26,811 bases of DNA, taken from contig JAPKGY010000001.1 of assembly GCA_026647385.1 (NCBI GenBank), positions 1 to 26,811 on the forward strand. The letters are read 5' to 3'. This stretch comes from Phycisphaerae bacterium (lineage in GTDB: Bacteria; Planctomycetota; Phycisphaerae; UBA1845; PWPN01). Under the pieces are notes generated by a model. The model did not search any database and was not told the origin of the DNA. It worked only from the letters and a program-made list of their open reading frames with translations. Shown here piece by piece: positions 18,349-26,085 of this stretch; the stretch's first letter is position 1; the number at the start of each line of letters is the position of its first letter. The translations under genes were made by a program, and so were the position numbers.

Positions 18349-18984
18349 ACCGCGAGGCGAGCGGAGTCGCACACCCGAATCATGCCGCCGCGAAAAACCG
18401 GGACGCAGTTCAGCGAGCAGATCATCAAGCCCCGAACCCGCAATGCGTGACAAAGTAGAGCCCCCAAACGAAGTCAAGGGGGATCGTGAGCGCAGAGGGT
18501 GCGGCCTCTTTCCGGACCGGCCCCTCCGTTCCGGCTTCGCCTGAGCCGCGCCGGGTCAAGTCCTCCACGGGCCCCGACCGCGTGCGGCCGGCGCGCACGA
18601 AAGGTCCGGACGACCGGCGCGCCTGGAATGGAGACGGGCGTATTCCTGATCCTGGGGCGCGGCGACGGCCAGCGGTCGGCAAGTAATTCCCTTTACGGTT
18701 CAGGGGCACTCCTCCGTGTGCCGCCGACATGCAACTTTGCAAACAACGCTGCAACCCAACCGAGGTGTGCGGCCACTTGCGCGACCGCACCGCCGGATCG
18801 GGGGCTATGATAAAACACGCCGCCGCGGGCCATCGATCGACGGCGGGAGCCGATCGCAATCCGCGTGTGCGATCGGCATCGGATTCTTCAGGCCGCCGAT
18901 TCGCGCGACGTGCGCGGGTGATCTTCCGGAGGGTTCTATGTGCGTTGCGGACCACGACAAGGCTGTCCGCCCGGGGTGACGCCG

Positions 18985-20256
18985 GTGATCGAAGCCCTCC
19001 AGGAAACGAGCCGAAGCGAGGCTCAACGCGCGAGCGAGACGGTGGAGGCTGTCTACCGGTCGGAGTCGCGCCGCGTGTTCGCCACGCTGGTCCGCCTGCT
19101 CGGCGACTTCGACCTGGCGGAGGAAGCGCTCCACGACGCGTTCGCCTCAGCCGTGGAGCAGTGGGCGCGCGATGGCGTGCCGGCCAACCCGAGAGCGTGG
19201 CTCGTGTCAGCGGGCAGGTTCAAGGCCATCGACGCCATGCGCCGTCGAGCCCGATTTGACACCTCGCTCGTCGAACTGGCGGAACGGCTCGATGCCGATT
19301 CGCGTACCACACTCGAGGAAACGGACGACGGCGTCGAGGATGATCGTCTGAGGCTGATTTTCACCTGCTGCCATCCCGCTCTGCCGCCGGACGCCCACGT
19401 GGCGTTGACGCTCCGAGAAGTCTGCGGGCTGACCACCGAAGAGATCGCGCGGGCGTTCCTCACGGCTCCGCCCACGGTGGCTCAGCGAATCGTCCGGGCC
19501 AAGGCAAAGATCAGGAGCGCGGGCATCCCGTATCAGGTGCCGTCGCGTTCCGACCTGCCGGTCCGGCTCGACGGCGTGCTTCGCGTGGTCTACCTGATTT
19601 TCAACGAGGGATACTCCGCTTCCTCGGGTCGGTTGCTCACGCGCGCCGACCTCTCGGGCGAAGCCATCCGGCTGGGGCGCTTGTTGATCGAGCTGCTGCC
19701 TGAACCGGAAGCCCTGGGTCTGCTCGCCCTGATGCTTCTGCACGAATCGCGGCGCGCGGCCCGCACCTCGCCGACGGGCGATCTTGTTCTGCTCGTCGAT
19801 CAGGATCGCAGCCTCTGGAACCGCGATCAGATCGCGGAGGGAATGGGCTTTCTTGAACGCGCGCTGTCATCGGGCCAGGTCGGTGCTTACACCCTCCAGG
19901 CGGCTATCGCGGCGGTACACGCTCGGGCGTCCGATCCGGCCGCGACCGATTGGGGCAGAATTGTCGCCCTGTACGATGCGCTGGCTCAGGTGGAACCCTC
20001 CCCCGTCGTCGAGTTGAATCGGGCTGTGGCGATCGCGATGCGCAACGGCCCGTCGGCCGGTCTGGATCTCATTGATGCCATTCTTGCCCGCAACGACCTG
20101 GCCGACTACCACCTGGCCCACGCAGCGCGGGCCGACTTGTGCCGAAAACTGGGCAGGACGGCGGAGGCCCGCGATGCGTATCAACGAGCCCTCACCCTGA
20201 CGCGGCTGGAGCCTGAGCGGCGATTCCTCGAACGACGGCTGAACGAGTTGGGCTGA
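18985..20256 (+). CDS. ECF sigma factor, ECF42-type, with C-terminal TPR-like (DUF6596) extension (~423 aa; start uncertain within 18940-18985)
   Basis: Region 2 GDFDLAEEALHDAF...PRAWL...RFKAID; DDRLRLIFTCCHPAL; region 4 CGLTTEEIARAFL...AQRIVRAK; YLIFNEGY; extension LQAAIAAVHA...PSPVVELNRAVA; adjacent to DGPF genes. Confidence 0.92.
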   Translation: MIEALQETSRSEAQRASETVEAVYRSESRRVFATLVRLLGDFDLAEEALHDAFASAVEQWARDGVPANPRAWLVSAGRFKAIDAMRRRARFDTSLVELAERLDADSRTTLEETDDGVEDDRLRLIFTCCHPALPPDAHVALTLREVCGLTTEEIARAFLTAPPTVAQRIVRAKAKIRSAGIPYQVPSRSDLPVRLDGVLRVVYLIFNEGYSASSGRLLTRADLSGEAIRLGRLLIELLPEPEALGLLALMLLHESRRAARTSPTGDLVLLVDQDRSLWNRDQIAEGMGFLERALSSGQVGAYTLQAAIAAVHARASDPAATDWGRIVALYDALAQVEPSPVVELNRAVAIAMRNGPSAGLDLIDAILARNDLADYHLAHAARADLCRKLGRTAEARDAYQRALTLTRLEPERRFLERRLNELG

Positions 20257-20295
20257 ACGCGAGGCATCGACTTTTTTGCGTTCGGAAAACCCGGA

Positions 20296-20322
20296 TGTCG
20301 ATTTCGGGCTCGGGCGAACGAC
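20296..20322 (+). promoter_or_regulatory. ECF42-type promoter 1: TGTCGA-N17-CGAC
   Basis: Matches the described ECF42 consensus (-35 TGTCGA, -10 CG[A/T]C) and lies upstream of the first DGPF gene. Confidence 0.7.
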
Positions 20323-20411
20323 TATCCAGTGTGAGACAGACGCAGGGCTTATGCCCGGCCGGCAAGGCCGGAGGCCCCGTACAGACAAGAACCCGGTCAG
20401 GAGACATACCG

Positions 20412-20822
20412 ATGCGATTCATGATCATCGTCAAAGCTACCCAGGACTCCGAGGCAGACGCCATGCCGCCGGAGGAACTCTTCGGTGAAATGGCGACCTA
20501 CCACGAGGAACTGGCCCAGGCTGGCGCGTTGCTCGATGCGTCGGGTTTGCAGCCAAGCTCGAAAGGCTGGCGCATTCGATACTCGGGAGGGAAACGAACC
20601 GTCATCGACGGCCCGTTCGCCGAGACCAAGGAACTGATCGCCGGCTATACGCTGATTGAGGTGAAATCGAAGGAAGAGGCCCTCGAATGGTCCAAACGGT
20701 TCCCCAATCCCTATGGGGCGGACGGCGAGATTGAAGTTCGTCGGCTCTACGAGCTCGAGGACTTCGGACCCAGCGAGGCGATCGAGCGTTTTCGCGAGTT
20801 GCAGGTCGGGACCCAAGGGTGA
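20412..20822 (+). CDS. YCII-related / DGPF protein 1 (136 aa)
   Basis: VIDGPFAETKELIAGYTLI...EIEVR; RBS AGGAGA. Confidence 0.92.
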   Translation: MRFMIIVKATQDSEADAMPPEELFGEMATYHEELAQAGALLDASGLQPSSKGWRIRYSGGKRTVIDGPFAETKELIAGYTLIEVKSKEEALEWSKRFPNPYGADGEIEVRRLYELEDFGPSEAIERFRELQVGTQG

Positions 20823-20888
20823 TTCCGGCGCGCCTCTCGATGACCGGCTCGCCCACGCGGGCCTCCCGGCCATGAGTGGCAACGCCGT

Positions 20889-20915
20889 TGCGGATTTCGG
20901 GCTCCCTTGAACGAC
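20889..20915 (+). promoter_or_regulatory. ECF42-type promoter 2: TGCGGA-N17-CGAC
   Basis: Shares GATTTCGGGCTC-N4-GAACGAC with promoter 1, with identical spacing. Confidence 0.6.
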
Positions 20916-20969
20916 GGTGACTCCCGTTCTGGGGGCCGGAGTATAGCCATCAGAAAAAGGAGAAAACCC

Positions 20970-21362
20970 ATGCGATATGTCTGCCTCGGATACGCGGAGG
21001 ATGGGAAGTGGGAGGCCATGTCCGAAAGCGAGCGGCAGGCCATGATGGAGGAGTGCTTTGCCTACGATGATTTCCTGCGAAAGAACGGCCACTTCGCGGG
21101 TGGGGAATGCCTCCAAAGCGCTCGCAGCGCGGTCACCTTGCGGTGGCAGAACGGAAAAGTGGTCGTCACCGACGGCCCCTACGCCGAAACCAAGGAACAG
21201 TTGGGCGGGATCCTGATCCTGGAGGCCAAGGATCTGAACCACGCAATCCAGTTGATGTCGAAGCACCCGGGCGTGCGACTGGGAGGCCCGTTCGAGATTC
21301 GACCGGCGGACGAGGAAATCAATGACCTGATCGCAGCCAGAAGCATCGCGGCTGAGGCGTGA
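20970..21362 (+). CDS. YCII-related / DGPF protein 2 (130 aa)
   Basis: [19 protein letters not shown]...FEIRP; RBS AAGGAG. Confidence 0.92.
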   Translation: MRYVCLGYAEDGKWEAMSESERQAMMEECFAYDDFLRKNGHFAGGECLQSARSAVTLRWQNGKVVVTDGPYAETKEQLGGILILEAKDLNHAIQLMSKHPGVRLGGPFEIRPADEEINDLIAARSIAAEA

Positions 21363-21373
21363 ACGCTGAATCG

Positions 21374-21400
21374 AACGAGGCGTCACAACCTGCGTTTTTT
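21374..21400 (+). terminator. Possible weak intrinsic terminator after DGPF gene 2
   Basis: AACG-AGG / CCT-(G)-CGTT stem with an 8-nt loop, running into a T6 tract. Confidence 0.3.
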
Positions 21401-21409
21401 CGGGTTTGT

Positions 21410-21436
21410 GGTCGATTCGATCGTCGGCGGTTCGAC
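21410..21436 (+). promoter_or_regulatory. ECF42-type promoter 3: GGTCGA-N17-CGAC
   Basis: One mismatch to TGTCGA with the same 17-nt spacer; the -10 box lies 20 nt before the ATG, leaving room for the GGAG RBS. Confidence 0.6.
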
Positions 21437-21456
21437 GGATTCATGGAGAAAGAACG

Positions 21457-21846
21457 ATGCGATACCTGTTGCTGATTTACAGTGAAGAAAAGGCCTGGAC
21501 GGAGAACGATCGCGAGCACTGTTACGCTGAGTCCACGAAGCTGATTCACGAGCTCGAGGCGCGCGGGCAGTACGTGGCGGCCGCTCCGCTGCATCCCGTC
21601 TCGACGGCGACCAGCGTTCGGGTCCGCCAGGGCAGGCGGCTCGTAACCGACGGCCCCTTCGCCGAGACGCGCGAACAGCTTGGAGGGTATTTCCTGATCG
21701 AGGCCATGGACCTCGATCAGGCGATCGAAATAGCGGCACGCATCCCCGCAGCCCGCAAGGGCACGGTGGAAGTGCGTCCGGTCATGGAACTGGCTGGACT
21801 GCCGACGCCATCGCCGGTGATGGCCGGCAGCGTGAACCGGGACTGA
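21457..21846 (+). CDS. YCII-related / DGPF protein 3 (129 aa)
   Basis: VTDGPFAETREQLGGYFLI...VEVRP; RBS GGAG. Confidence 0.92.
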   Translation: MRYLLLIYSEEKAWTENDREHCYAESTKLIHELEARGQYVAAAPLHPVSTATSVRVRQGRRLVTDGPFAETREQLGGYFLIEAMDLDQAIEIAARIPAARKGTVEVRPVMELAGLPTPSPVMAGSVNRD

Positions 21847-21872
21847 TTTGAGACCCATGGGAAGGAGACATC

Positions 21873-22277
21873 ATGCAAGTTCAACCTTATCTGTTCTTCG
21901 AAGGCCGATGCGAAGAGGCGATCGAATTCTATCGCCGCGCGATCGGGGCGGAGGTGACCACGATCATGCGATACAAGGACGGTCCGGAGCCCGGCGCGTG
22001 CCCGGCCGGTGCCGAGAACAAGGTGATGCATGCCAACCTCCGCATCGGCGACAGCACGGTATTGGCTTCCGACGGCAGGTGTCAGAACCAGCGACAATTC
22101 CAGGGGTTTTCGTTGTCGTTGACCGTGGCGAACGACACGGAGGCTGAGCGACAGTTCACCGCCCTGGCCGACGGAGGCCAGGTGATGATGCCGCTGGCGA
22201 AGACTTTTTTCGCGTCGCGATTCGGTATGCTCACGGACCGATTCGGCGTGTCCTGGATGGTATACGCGGCGCCTTGA
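21873..22277 (+). CDS. VOC family, PhnB-like glyoxalase-fold protein (134 aa)
   Basis: PYLFFEGRCEEAIEFY...VMHANLRIG...FFASRFGMLTDRFGVSWMV; RBS AAGGAG. Confidence 0.92.
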   Translation: MQVQPYLFFEGRCEEAIEFYRRAIGAEVTTIMRYKDGPEPGACPAGAENKVMHANLRIGDSTVLASDGRCQNQRQFQGFSLSLTVANDTEAERQFTALADGGQVMMPLAKTFFASRFGMLTDRFGVSWMVYAAP

Positions 22278-22391
22278 CGGATCAATCCGCCAAACCGCCG
22301 CCGAGACAAACGTGAATTCAAGCGTCAACCTGCACTCGGTCGGCCCCGTCCGCGTGAGACGGGCGACCGGGTCTTTTCCGGAGTAGTTGCC

Positions 22392-23063
22392 ATGAACCGC
22401 AAGAAACTGCTCGCCTCCGCCCTGGTTGCGGGGGTCAGCCTGGTCGTTGTTGTCGGCTCGATCGCGATCGCCGAGTCTTCCCAGGAGGCCAAACCCGCCA
22501 AACAGCCGGAGATGAAGCTGCCGCCCGGCTGGACGGAGGCCGACATGCAGGCGTGCATGCTGGCGGGTACGCCCGGCAAGATGCACGAGCACCTCGCCAA
22601 AGGCATCGGTGAGTGGCAGGGCAAAACCATCATGTGGATGGCTCCGGACACCGAGCCCACCACCAGCGCATGCACGTTCACGGTCACGTCGGCGATGGAC
22701 GGCCGGTTCATCAAGTACAAGGTCGCCGGCGAAATGCCCGGCATGGGGCCGTACAAGGGAATGGGCATTCACGGCTTCGACAACGTCTCGAAAAAGTTCG
22801 TGTCCGCCTGGATCGACAATCATAACACGGGCATCATGTCCGGCCTCGGCGAGTTGTCGTCCGACGGCAGGACCATCACCTGGAAGTACACCTGCAACTG
22901 CCCGCTGATGGGCAAACCGACCGAAATGCGGGAGGTCGAGCAGGTCACCGGTCCGAACACCAAGACGTTTGAAATGTTCGGCCCCGATCGCAAGAGCGGC
23001 AAGGAATTCAAGATGATGCGCATCGAACTCACTCGGAAGCCGACCGTGCAAGCCGAAAGGTAA
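22392..23063 (+). CDS. DUF1579-like exported protein (223 aa)
   Basis: Signal peptide; TPGKMHEHL...GEW...MWM; MPGMGPYKGMGIHGFDN...KFVSAWIDN. Confidence 0.78.
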   Translation: MNRKKLLASALVAGVSLVVVVGSIAIAESSQEAKPAKQPEMKLPPGWTEADMQACMLAGTPGKMHEHLAKGIGEWQGKTIMWMAPDTEPTTSACTFTVTSAMDGRFIKYKVAGEMPGMGPYKGMGIHGFDNVSKKFVSAWIDNHNTGIMSGLGELSSDGRTITWKYTCNCPLMGKPTEMREVEQVTGPNTKTFEMFGPDRKSGKEFKMMRIELTRKPTVQAER

Positions 23064-23147
23064 GACTCAACGAGCCGTCCGGGCAGGCGATGACTCCCCT
23101 CCCTCCCCCCGCACTCCGTGCCGCCCGGGCAGGTGGCCTAGCCGATT

Positions 23148-23211
23148 CCCAGAGGGTGTGTGAGAAACCTGAGAGGGGGACAGCCCTCGAACTTCTCACA
23201 CACCCTCTGGG
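23148..23211. repeat. Perfect 19-bp inverted repeat (MITE/REP-like hairpin)
   Basis: CCCAGAGGGTGTGTGAGAA - 26 nt - TTCTCACACACCCTCTGGG, with an inner GAGGG/CCCTC stem. Confidence 0.85.
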
Positions 23212-23282
23212 GCTTGCCCCTTTCGACATCTTCGAGAACGGTCCCCCGGACTGACTCCCGCTCCGAAGCCGATCTGGAAAGC

Positions 23283-23310
23283 TTGCTTGGTGCATTCCAC
23301 CGAGTATCAT
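23283..23310 (+). promoter_or_regulatory. Putative sigma70 promoter of the tRNA: TTGCTT-N16-TATCAT
   Basis: Near-consensus boxes; the -10 box lies ~76 nt upstream of the tRNA. Confidence 0.45.
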
Positions 23311-23386
23311 GTAGTGCAAACCGAGGGAACCTGCACCACTGAAGCGGGCGGCCTCGTTTCGGTAACTCCTTATACGGCAACCACTT

Positions 23387-23459
23387 GCGGGCGTAGCTCA
23401 ATTGGTAGAGCATCAGCCTTCCAAGCTGAATGTTGCGAGTTCGAGCCTCGTCGCCCGCT
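23387..23459 (+). tRNA. tRNA-Gly (anticodon TCC), CCA end not encoded
   Basis: Acceptor stem GCGGGCG/CGCCCGC; D arm GCTC-AATTGGTA-GAGC; anticodon arm TCAGC-CTTCCAA-GCTGA; T arm GCGAG-TTCGAGC-CTCGT; discriminator T followed by TTT. Confidence 0.97.
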
Positions 23460-23743
23460 TTTCTCCTCCCGATGCCAGCATGTTCCCAGGCGTTACAAGC
23501 CACGCGGGGGCCGATAGTTACGGCGGCCGCGCTGGCTTTACCCGCGGGTGACGAATGTTCAGCCGGGAGCCCGAGTTTCCCGCATCTTCCACCGGTTGGC
23601 ACAAACGCTGCTGCAAAGCTTCGGCAGCCATTTCCGGGGTCGCACCCGCCCTGGAACACCCATGAAGGTCGCGAGGCCGGGTGACTACCCCGCAGCTCAG
23701 TAACTTGGGTTAAGGAGCCGCGGATTTCGTCGCTCGCCGCCGG

Positions 23744-26062
23744 CTACTCCGTTCTCCCCGAAGCCTTCGTCAAATTGGCGAGCAGGTCGGGGCTGGGTCT
23801 CCCCCCGTGTTGCCGGCACAGCCTCACGTCCGCCCAGGCCTTGTCGTATTCCTTCAGCGAGTAATAAGCTTCCGCACGGTTGGCGTAGGCAGGCGCGAAA
23901 TTCGGCTTGATCTCGATTGCCTTGGTGTAATCAGCGATAGCCCTTACGAAATCACGCCGCCGGGCGTAACTGTTCGCGCGGTTGTTGTAGGCTGTCACGT
24001 AATCGCTCTTCAGCTCGATCGCCCGCGTGTAATCCTCGGTCGCCCCGGCATGCTCGCCCATCCGGTCGTACGCGGTGCCTCGGTTATAGTGGGCCTGGGC
24101 ATACCCCGGATCGAGCCGGATGGCCTCGGTGAAATCCTCAATAGCCTTCCTGTAATCCTGCTTCGCGCCGTAGGCGGCCCCACGGCTGTGATAGGCCGTC
24201 GCATCGTCGCGCTTCAACTCGATCGCCCGGCTGCAATCGCGGATGGCCCGGTCGTGGTCGCCTTGCCGGCCATAGGCAGCCCCCCGGATGACGTGCGCCT
24301 GCGCGGAATTCGGCCTCAACTCGATGGCCCGGGTGCAATCCTCGACGGCCTGACCTGGCTCCCCGACGGTCAGGTAGGCATTGGCCCGATTGAGGTAGGC
24401 CTGCACGAAATCCGATTTCAACTCGATCGCCCGCGTGTAATCCCGGATCGCCTCGACCGGTTTGCCCAGCCCGACGTACGCGTTCCCGCGATTGTTGTAG
24501 GCTTGGTGGTACTCGGGGTTCAATTCGATCGCACGACCGCTGTCGTCGATGGCCCGGGCATGCTCGCCCAATTGACCGTACATCATCGCCCGGTTGTTGT
24601 AGGCGTCCGCGAAATCCGGTTTCATCGCGATCGTGCGGTCGTAATACTGGAGTGCGCGAGCATAGTCCTTCTTTTCCCGGAGCACGTTGCCGTAATAGTA
24701 CTGCTTGTAAGGCGAGTCCGGCGCCAGGCTGAGCATGTAGTCGCCGTACCGCTCGCTCGTCTGCCACTGGCGGAGATACTGCCGCGTGCTGAGAGTCAGC
24801 ACCAAGGCCACCGCCGCGACGCCGACGCAAACCGCCGCCGGGAGCCAGGCACGCCCGCCGCCCGCGGGGCGAACCGCCACCCGATCGATCAGCCGGGACA
24901 GGAGGATCAGCAGACCCAAGGCCGGCAGATAGACGTACTTGTCCGAAGCCGCCACCCAACTGTATTGCACGACACCCAGCGTCGGCGAGATCGCCGCCAG
25001 AAAAAACAGCCCCGCCATCATCGGACCGCGCGTGCGACGCAGCGAGAACACCATCAACGCAATCAGAACGCCCGTGCCCGCGACCGAGACCAGGACAACC
25101 GGCTTCATCAGCGACATCGGCTCGGGCAGCACGTAGATCGACGAAAGATTCGTCGGCCAAACGATCTTGCACGCGTAGAACCCGATCAGATAGCAGATCT
25201 TGAGCGGCAGTTGCAGCAGCGAATGTTCGCCCAGCAGCGCGACGGGCGCCGTGCGGGCGGTCGAAACCACGGTGACCACCGCCGAAATGCCCGCGATCGC
25301 GAAATAAGGCGCCTTCTCCATCGCCGCCCGCTTGCTCAGCCGGTGCAAAGGCCAGAAGTCCAGCAGAAGCAGCAGCGCCGGAAGCGGAGTGACCGTGGGC
25401 TTGGCCAGCAGGGCCAGAAGAAACATCGCCAGCGAGCCGAGATACGCCGCTACGCCCCGTCGCCTGACGTGACGGACATAGAGTAGCAGGCTCCACAAAG
25501 CGAAAAACGCCGCCAACAACGTCTTGCGCTCCCAGACCCACGCCACCGGCTCAACCGTCAGCGGATGAACGCCGAAGAGCAGCCCGACGGCCGCCGCCGC
25601 CCACGGATGACCCAACAGCATGTACAACAGCACCACGATCAAGACCGTGTTGCACACGTGCAGCGCCAGACTGGTCACATGGAAAGGTCTCAAATCGTCG
25701 ATGCGACCGCCGGCCGCCACGTCCAGCATCAGCGACAACAGCGTCAGCGGCTCGTAATAACCCTCCACCGTGCCCGACCCGAGCACCTCGCTCAACACGA
25801 TGCCCGCCGACGCCCAACTCGGATTCTGAAGAACGGGGTTTTCAAAGAGGGATACCTGATCGTCCAGGTTGACCGCCCCCGCATCGAGCACGGGCCAGTG
25901 GACGACCGTCACAATCATCGCCACCGCCAAAGCCAGCGCCGCGAGAACCGCGGGACTGCCGGCGCGCAGAACCCGTGTCGCCGGCTGCGAAGCCTCGCAC
26001 CCGGTACCGGTTTGCCGCCCGCGTCGCGGCGATTTCCTCCTGCTGTCGCGATGCCCGGCCAT
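23744..26062 (-). CDS. TMTC-like GT-C membrane glycosyltransferase with ~9 C-terminal TPRs (~772 aa; alternative start 26089)
   Basis: First TM helix followed by NLDD; YYEPLTLLS; FHVTSLALH; LLFGVHPLTVEPVAWVWERK; LLAKP; SDKYVYLP; ~10 TM helices; then 34-aa AYNNRG...AIEL repeats. Confidence 0.85.
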   Translation of the reverse strand: MAGHRDSRRKSPRRGRQTGTGCEASQPATRVLRAGSPAVLAALALAVAMIVTVVHWPVLDAGAVNLDDQVSLFENPVLQNPSWASAGIVLSEVLGSGTVEGYYEPLTLLSLMLDVAAGGRIDDLRPFHVTSLALHVCNTVLIVVLLYMLLGHPWAAAAVGLLFGVHPLTVEPVAWVWERKTLLAAFFALWSLLLYVRHVRRRGVAAYLGSLAMFLLALLAKPTVTPLPALLLLLDFWPLHRLSKRAAMEKAPYFAIAGISAVVTVVSTARTAPVALLGEHSLLQLPLKICYLIGFYACKIVWPTNLSSIYVLPEPMSLMKPVVLVSVAGTGVLIALMVFSLRRTRGPMMAGLFFLAAISPTLGVVQYSWVAASDKYVYLPALGLLILLSRLIDRVAVRPAGGGRAWLPAAVCVGVAAVALVLTLSTRQYLRQWQTSERYGDYMLSLAPDSPYKQYYYGNVLREKKDYARALQYYDRTIAMKPDFADAYNNRAMMYGQLGEHARAIDDSGRAIELNPEYHQAYNNRGNAYVGLGKPVEAIRDYTRAIELKSDFVQAYLNRANAYLTVGEPGQAVEDCTRAIELRPNSAQAHVIRGAAYGRQGDHDRAIRDCSRAIELKRDDATAYHSRGAAYGAKQDYRKAIEDFTEAIRLDPGYAQAHYNRGTAYDRMGEHAGATEDYTRAIELKSDYVTAYNNRANSYARRRDFVRAIADYTKAIEIKPNFAPAYANRAEAYYSLKEYDKAWADVRLCRQHGGRPSPDLLANLTKASGRTE
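23800..24716 (-). repeat. TPR-encoding tandem repeat (102-bp period)
   Basis: The motif (A/G)CTCGAT(C/G)GCCCG recurs at about 24013, 24217, 24319 and 24421, with a variant near 24523, i.e. multiples of 102 bp. Confidence 0.85.
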
Positions 26063-26071
26063 GTCCGTGCG

Positions 26072-26077
26072 ATTATA
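26072..26077 (-). promoter_or_regulatory. Perfect -10 box TATAAT 9 nt before ATG 26062
   Basis: Minus strand reads CAGG-TATAAT-CGCACGGAC-ATG. No good -35 box at 17 nt. Confidence 0.45.
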
Positions 26078-26085
26078 CCTGCATC

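Noticed and set aside
18384-18415. GGGACGCA as part of a c-di-GMP-I riboswitch
   Set aside because: The upstream GCAAA element, the paired GAAA-loop stem and the downstream AAGC are missing.
18515-18550. Minus-strand CTCAGGC...GGAGGGG as a glycine riboswitch 3' end
   Set aside because: The GGAGA and CCGAAG core elements are absent, and there is no suitably oriented downstream gene.
22323-22350. Fourth ECF42 promoter upstream of the DUF1579 gene (CGTCAA-N18-CGTC)
   Set aside because: Two -35 mismatches and a spacer 1 nt longer than the other three; too weak to call.
23092-23116. C-rich tract as a minus-strand G-quadruplex
   Set aside because: Only three separated G-runs (G6, G3, G4), which is unremarkable in GC-rich DNA.
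23387-23744. tRNA-Gly as the attachment site of an integrated element
   Set aside because: I saw no duplicated tRNA 3' end, no integrase and no obvious compositional shift in the window.
23800-24716. Regularly spaced direct repeats as a possible CRISPR array
   Set aside because: The period is 102 bp, the repeats are degenerate and lie within a TPR-coding frame, and there are no cas genes.
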